Source: Heptranchias perlo (lineage: Eukaryota). Taken from it: a stretch of 64,000 nt of DNA. The stretch's first letter is position 1. Each line of letters starts with the position of its first letter. This document shows, piece by piece, positions 58,701 through 64,000 of this stretch. The position numbers and the translations under genes were made by a program. The notes beneath the pieces are model-generated. The model saw only the letters and a list, made by a program, of their open reading frames with translations, was not told the origin of the DNA and made no database searches. Location: assembly GCF_035084215.1 (NCBI RefSeq), contig NC_090336.1, forward strand, positions 29,016,001-29,080,000. Reading direction: 5' to 3'.

Positions 58701-60329
58701 CTCATGCAAATCTACACCTGTGCAAAGCATGCAGTCAAGCTGCAGTACACAACTGAAAGCCTTGCCAGACACTTCTAAGGGCGTCTTTCAATAAACCATT
58801 GCAACACAAACATGGCCACTTACTGTCACTTAGGATGGTCTTCAGTTTGGGCCCATGGCAGCCATCAGCTGTGTCATGCTATCCAGTATGAAAGGAGATG
58901 AAAGTGCTGACCAATACAATTGTTTGATATGTGTAGACAGCACATTAGGGGATGTTGCAGTGCTAGGCAGGAATGAGCTGAAGGTATAACAGTTGATGCA
59001 GTGGTGACCTTGCCTACCACTAGCACTGCCATCTATATGTTGCAAGAAATCTGCAAATGTCTTTTTGGCAGATGGCAAGTTCTACAGCTGATTCCCTGCT
59101 AACCTATATTAAGCAGTTGTTCCTGGTCATTTGCAAGATGGTGTGCCAAGGTCCACGGATATGATCTGGTCCCTATTGATCTCCCCGTCATGAGGCATTT
59201 TAGAAACAAAATTCCCTTGAGTAAATAAAAATTGGCTCTTAAAAATTGCATAATTAAAAATTTCAATGATATGGAAAAATACCAAAAAGGTCTTGTAAAC
59301 GTTGCAACCAAAAATGTAAAGCCTATGGCACTTTAAAAGCTCCTTCACGTGGAACTTCCCTTGCTTTCATTCTCATCAATACACAAAGGAAAGAGCAAAC
59401 CTGGCACAAAAGTTACAGAATTGTGTTCGATGTTTATTTAAATATTCATAATCTTGGGCTTAAATGACACGAAGACACAAAATGTGCATAAGTACTTCAG
59501 CGAACTAAATGCACAAGATTACTGAATTATAGACTAGTAACAATATAGAACCTGCTCTCCGAATTTCGTGATCCTACTGCACCTGTCGCACAACTGCTCT
59601 CAATGCATGGTTAAAATTAAATACTAGGAGGACAGTGGAATAAGAGGAGGCAGCTCAGAATTTCCAAAATGAGTTGGCTAAAATATGTAAGTGGCCAGAG
59701 CAATTTGCGGCTTAATGTGTCAGTGACAAGTTTTCCAGTTTGTGGACTGGTCGATCATTTTACCCATAATTTCCTGGAAACTATTCTATAACAAGGTAGT
59801 TTCATCCATGTCAAAATAAATATACAGATACATCTCTTTAGAAAAACAGAAATGTTTCAGTTAAGTTCAATTGGTATCAATTGTAATTTACACTTACTTC
59901 CTTCAATTTTCAGTACGAGGCTCCTGACAATATGCTTTCTAAGATTGCTATGACGGACTTCAACCTGGAGGATAGCTTCATCATCTTTATAAATATCAGG
60001 CCATAGCATAACTTTGCACTTCACACTGGAGCTACCATCATTGTTGTGTTCGACAACTGGCAGCTCAAATTTGAAGGATCCATCTTGCTCATCAAATTGA
60101 AGTCCATTTTTTGAAATAAGTGTCTGCTGGACATCTGAAGGTTCCTGGAAGTTCCTAGGTGCAGGAGTCCACTGGTAAATCTCATTTCGTTTCTTTTCCC
60201 CTTTTCTTTGTAGTAACCAGCGAACAGAAATGTTCTCAGGCCTATACCCCGAAATCTGACAATTCAGAAGAGCTTCTTGCAAATGTACAATCCGTACAGG
60301 TTTGTTGATAGCAGAAACTTTTGGAGGAA
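46413..60329 (-). CDS. Gene A (5'-incomplete): paralogous poly-C1 IgSF gene. Exons 59898-60329, 57650-58030, 55220-55531, 52136-52459, 48198-48509, 46413-46726 (stop)
   Basis: Six phase-1 Ig exons in one frame ending KINLAF*. The first five match gene B exons 5-9 in order. The upstream exons (presumed SP-V-C1-TM) are not visible in the window. Confidence 0.85.
47247..47526 (+). mobile_element. 280-bp retroposon with a (TAG)n tail and a 14-bp TSD, inside a CR1 remnant
   Basis: TSD agtaggttgtgttt at 47233-47246 and 47527-47540. Confidence 0.75.
48198..48509 (-). CDS. Gene A C1-type exon 5 (paralogue of 267-578)
   Basis: GVPIVS...EP.IPLYG...KCLVINFSP...W...GVTNTGP...FAIEVIH. 312 nt, the same length as its paralogue. 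Confidence 0.88.
48950..50765 (-). mobile_element. L2-clade LINE fragment
   Basis: STETAL, LLDLCAAFDTVDH, LQLNVGKTE, RLDYSNALL and LHWL motifs. Confidence 0.87.
52136..52459 (-). CDS. Gene A C1-type exon 4 (paralogue of 1854-2180)
   Basis: VSSP...PEAGKE...ICHAYGFFP...WFKND...EFRVEVLH. 324 nt. Confidence 0.88.
53009..53745. mobile_element. Related TIR element in the opposite orientation
   Basis: Ends GGGCCAGAATTTGCTG / CAGTAAATTTCAGCCC. Internal gaaggaatgagac is the reverse complement of gtctcattccttc in the 32513-33230 copy. Confidence 0.55.
54237..54275 (+). ncRNA. Minimal type I hammerhead ribozyme motif in a Penelope-like fragment (about 54080-54328)
   Basis: TTCAC-CTGACGA-A-GGGGG-AAG-CCTCC-GAAA-GC-T-T-GTGAA. 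Stem I is TTCAC/GTGAA, the CUGANGA and GAAA core is present, stem II forms, and stem III is a palindromic AAGCTT. Confidence 0.6.
55220..55531 (-). CDS. Gene A C1-type exon 3 (paralogue of 3407-3712)
   Basis: AIPK...SCRIYSFFPKDIEVIW...LTCEFQHES. 312 nt. Confidence 0.88.
56290..57036 (+). mobile_element. Decayed L2 3' fragment
   Basis: KLQLIQN and FKIFIFKSL motifs; similar to the other L2 copies in the window. Confidence 0.75.
57650..58030 (-). CDS. Gene A C1-type exon 2 (paralogue of 4865-5227)
   Basis: IEPKM...TCPINGFKPRPLAITWY...KYSHS...YICEVVH. 381 nt. Confidence 0.88.
59898..60329 (-). CDS. Gene A C1-type exon 1 (paralogue of 9205-9627)
   Basis: VPPKVS...RIVH...NCQISGYRP...W...NNDGSSSV...LQVEVRH. 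Same GGAA|GTAAG donor as its paralogue, 432 nt. Confidence 0.88.
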
Positions 60330-61126
60330 CTAAAACATTTTTTTATATTAAAAACACTTTGATCTTTATCCATTCTTTGCAATAAGGTCTTCCTGTCACT
60401 TCAAGAATATCAGCATGCACCCAGTCTACGACCACACATAACCATTACTGGAATAAAAATATCTACTTGACAATACAACAGCAGGTTTAATATATCACTA
60501 AAGACAACATTAAATAAGCTGTTGCTTATTGAAATAAATAAGAAATTTAATAAGCTATTTCTTATTGAAATAAGTAATCATTAGTATCTCAAGTTAAAAT
60601 ATAAGCATGGGAGGTAGACAGACACAAATAGACAGAGACACAGAGAGAAGCTAAGGCAGAGAGAGAAAAACACCACAGTACAAGGAGAGAAATCAGTAAA
60701 GAAACATAACAGCAGAGATCAGCAATGCATGATGGAAGCCAGCACTCCAGAAACATGGTGATAAAGATCATCCAAGAAAAAGCTAGACACAGAGAAACAA
60801 AGCAGACACACAGAGATCTGGGGAGAAAGATAAGTGGACATAGAGATCAGGCAGGCAAACACCACAGTAATAGTGTGACACAAACCGCCAAAGGGGGGGG
60901 GGAGATGACAAAATAGAGACACATTGGCGGAGAGAAAAACAGACATACTGCAGCGGATAGAGACAGATCAGCACAACAGAGTCAAAGATCAAGAGATCAG
61001 AGCATTCACCGTCATGGGAGATCTAATATACATTAGTACCTTAATAAAAATCTTACATCTGCACCACTTAACTTCCTGTTATCATGCTTTTGTCACACTT
61101 TTTAGAAATTGCTATGTCCACATTTA

Positions 61127-62945
61127 TAGAATCATAGAAGTTACAACATGGAAACAGGCCCTTCGGCCCAACATGTCCATGTCGCCCAGTTTATACCACT
61201 AAGCTAGTCCCAATTGCCTGCACTTGGCTCATATCCCTCTATACCCATCTTACCCATGTAACTGTCCAAATGCTTTTTAAAAGACAAAATTGTACCCGCC
61301 TCTACTACTGCCTCTGGCAGCTCGTTCCAGACACTCACCACCCTTTGAGTGAAAAAATTGCCCCTCTGGACCCTTTTGTATCTCTCCCCTCTCACCTTAA
61401 ATCTATGTCCCCTCGTTATAGACTCCCCTACCTTTGGGAAAAGATTTTGACTATCTACCTTATCTATGCCCCTCATTATTTTATAGACTTCTATAAGATC
61501 ACCCCTTAACCTCCTACTCTCCAGGGAAAAAAGTCCCAGTCTATCTAACCTCTCTCTATAAGTCAAACCATCAAGTCCCAGTAGCATCCTAGTAAATCTT
61601 TTCTGCACTCTTTCTAGTTGAATAATATCCTTTCTATAATAGGGTGACCAGAACTGTACACCGTATTCCAAGTGTAGCCTTACTAATGTCTTGTACAACT
61701 TCAACAAGACATCCCAACTCCTGTATTCAATGTTCTGACCAATGAAACCAAGCATGCTGAATGCTTTCTTCACCACCCTATCCACCTGTGACTCCACATT
61801 CAAGGAGCTATGAACCTGTACTCCTAGATCTCTTTGTTCTATAACTCTCCCCAACACCCTACCATTAACGGAGTAGGTCCTGGCCCGATTCGATCTACCA
61901 AAATGCATCACCTCACATTTATCTAAATTAAACTCCATCTGCCATTCATCGGCCCACTGGCCCAATTTATCAAGACTATCCCGTTGCAATCCTAGATAAC
62001 CTTCTTCACTGTCCACAATGCCACCAATCTTGGTGTCATCTGCAAACTTACTAACCATGCCTCCTAAATTCTCATCCAAATCATTAATATAAATAACAAA
62101 TAACAGCGGACCCAGCACCGATCCCTGAGGCACACCGCTGGACACAGGCATCCAGTTTGAAAAACAACCCTCTACAACCACCCTCTGTCTTCTGTCGTCA
62201 AGCCAATTTTGTATCCAATTGGCTACCTCACCTTGGATCCCGTGAGATTTAACCTTGTGTAACAACCTACCATGCGGTACCTTGTCAAAGGCTTTGCTGA
62301 AGTCCATGTAGACCACATCTACTGCACAGCCCTCATCTATCTTCTTGGTTACCCCTTCAAAAAACTCAATCAAATTCGTGAGACATGATTTTCCTCTCAC
62401 AAAACCATGCTGACTGTTCCTAATCAGTCCCTGCCTCTCCAAATGCCTGTAGATCCTGTCCCTCAGAATACCCTCTAACAACTTACCCACTACAGATGTC
62501 AGGCTCACCGGTCTGTAGTTCCCAGGCTTTTCCCTGCCGCCCTTCTTAAACAAAGGCACAACATTTGCTACCCTCCAATCTTCAGGCACCTCACCTGTAG
62601 CGGTGGATGATTCAAATATCTCTGCTAGGGGACCCGCAATTTCCTCCCTAACCTCCCATAACGTCCTGGGATACATTTCATCAGGTCCAGGAGATTTATC
62701 TACCTTGATGCGCGTTAAGACTTCTAGCACCTCCCTCTCTGTAATATGTACACTCCTCAAGACATCACTATTTATTTCCCCAAGTTCCCTAACATCCATG
62801 CCTTTCTCAACCGTAAATACCGATGTGAAATATTCATTCAGGATCTCACCCATCTCTTGTGGTTCCACACATAGATGACCTTGTTGATCCTTAAGAGGCC
62901 CTACTCTCTCCCTAGTTACTCTTTTGCCCTTTATGTATTTGTATG
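61127..62945 (-). mobile_element. Young 5'-truncated CR1 LINE with an uninterrupted 554-aa RT/C-terminal ORF (61204-62868)
   Basis: [48 protein letters not shown]; ATTCTAT-type 3' end. Confidence 0.93.
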
Positions 62946-64000
62946 GGTTTTGCCTGTTAACTAGTCACTCTGTGCAATGTGGCAACCAGGTTCCCACAAA
63001 TCATTCAAAATGCTTTGTGAATTTATTTTTCATCTAACATTATTTCCTTCAGTAACTAATATTTCTAATGTCAAAATAAAAGTTTAAACAAAATATATTT
63101 TTTTAATTAGATATTTCACATTAACGTGATTAAATTCTCGTGTCTTTTAATGCCTTCATTAGTTTTTACTTGAAGACCTCAGCATCTCCCAAAGCCTAAG
63201 CTTGGAGTTGAAGCGCCTTGGGATGTTTTATGATGTCAAAGACACTACATAACTGCAAGTTGTTGTTGTTCATACGTTTGCTCAGAAGAATGCGATTTCT
63301 GCAGTCTGACCATGTGCAGTACACCTAATTTCCCAGGATGTATCAGTAAGTCAGCTGTACCAATGGAATATTTTCCATCAGCTTCTAGCACTTTTTGCCC
63401 AGTAGCCTTTTTAAAAAATGATTGTGAAAAACAATGGGATAAATTTCAACACTAAGTAAAACATTATATTGATTTTTTGTTTTAGAGACTGAGAGTGAAA
63501 AGGTGATCAGCTACAAGTGTGTTAGTAGTGCAACGTTTTGTGTTTACAAACTTCAGATAACATATTAAGCTGAGAGCGAGCATAGGGGTGACAGCGCACA
63601 ATGGGGTGAGAGCACGAGTGCTCTAGGGGGGTTGAGAGGGGGAACAGAGAGAAGGGGGCAGTTTTCTAGCTGCTTTCCTTGCTCTTGATTTCTATATTCC
63701 CTGCTCCTCAGTTCAGAGTTGTTGCTATTTCATTTTGACAAACACTGAAGCAAGAGGATAGAGGTGCATGCTATCATAGCAATATTTTGATTTCTCTCTT
63801 TATGGATATTGTAGCTTTAAACTGAGCTGTTGAAGGTAATATTCAGTCAAATACAGAATTTAAAATACTGTTTTTTTAATGTGGAGTTTGGTAACTTAAA
63901 GGGGAAGAAAAGTCTGGGTTATTACTCTGTTCACAGTACTCTCCAATGACTATTGCAAATTATGTTTATAAAAATAAGCCTTTTTTTTAAACCTGGTTTC

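Noticed and set aside
267-60329. One giant gene spanning all the Ig exons
   Set aside because: There is an in-frame TAA at 46413-46415 and a separate CpG-island signal-peptide exon at 25015-25090. The domain series also restarts collinearly.
60589-60992. Hydrophobic minus-strand ORFs as the TM exon of gene A
   Set aside because: They derive from (CT/GT)-rich low-complexity sequence that is hydrophobic in several frames. I found no convincing phase-1 splice pair and no similarity to gene B's TM exon.

Overview
Vertebrate genomic DNA, most likely from a cartilaginous fish (inferred from the CR1, L2, Deu-SINE and Penelope-like repeat content). It holds two tandem, minus-strand, intron-containing immunoglobulin-superfamily genes. 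Gene B (ATG at 25090, running off the left edge) was assembled from canonical GT-AG, all phase-1 exons. Its order is signal peptide, B7-H6/NCR3LG1-like V domain, C1 domain, transmembrane exon (10519-10635, absent from the ORF track), then at least five more Ig C1-type domains. It therefore looks like a type I B7-family protein with a tandem C1 array on the cytoplasmic side. Gene A (entering from the right edge, stop at 46413) supplies six C1-type exons, five of them collinear paralogues of gene B's post-TM exons. Six of these 11 domains have lost a canonical disulfide Cys, which fits a reducing cytosolic location. The rest is mostly transposon-derived: CR1 and L2 LINEs, a single-ORF LINE with a tRNA-like head, Penelope-like fragments with minimal hammerhead motifs, MITE-like elements, a GC-box VNTR, a long G-tract and local duplications. 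All exon models were read by eye and no database search was run.
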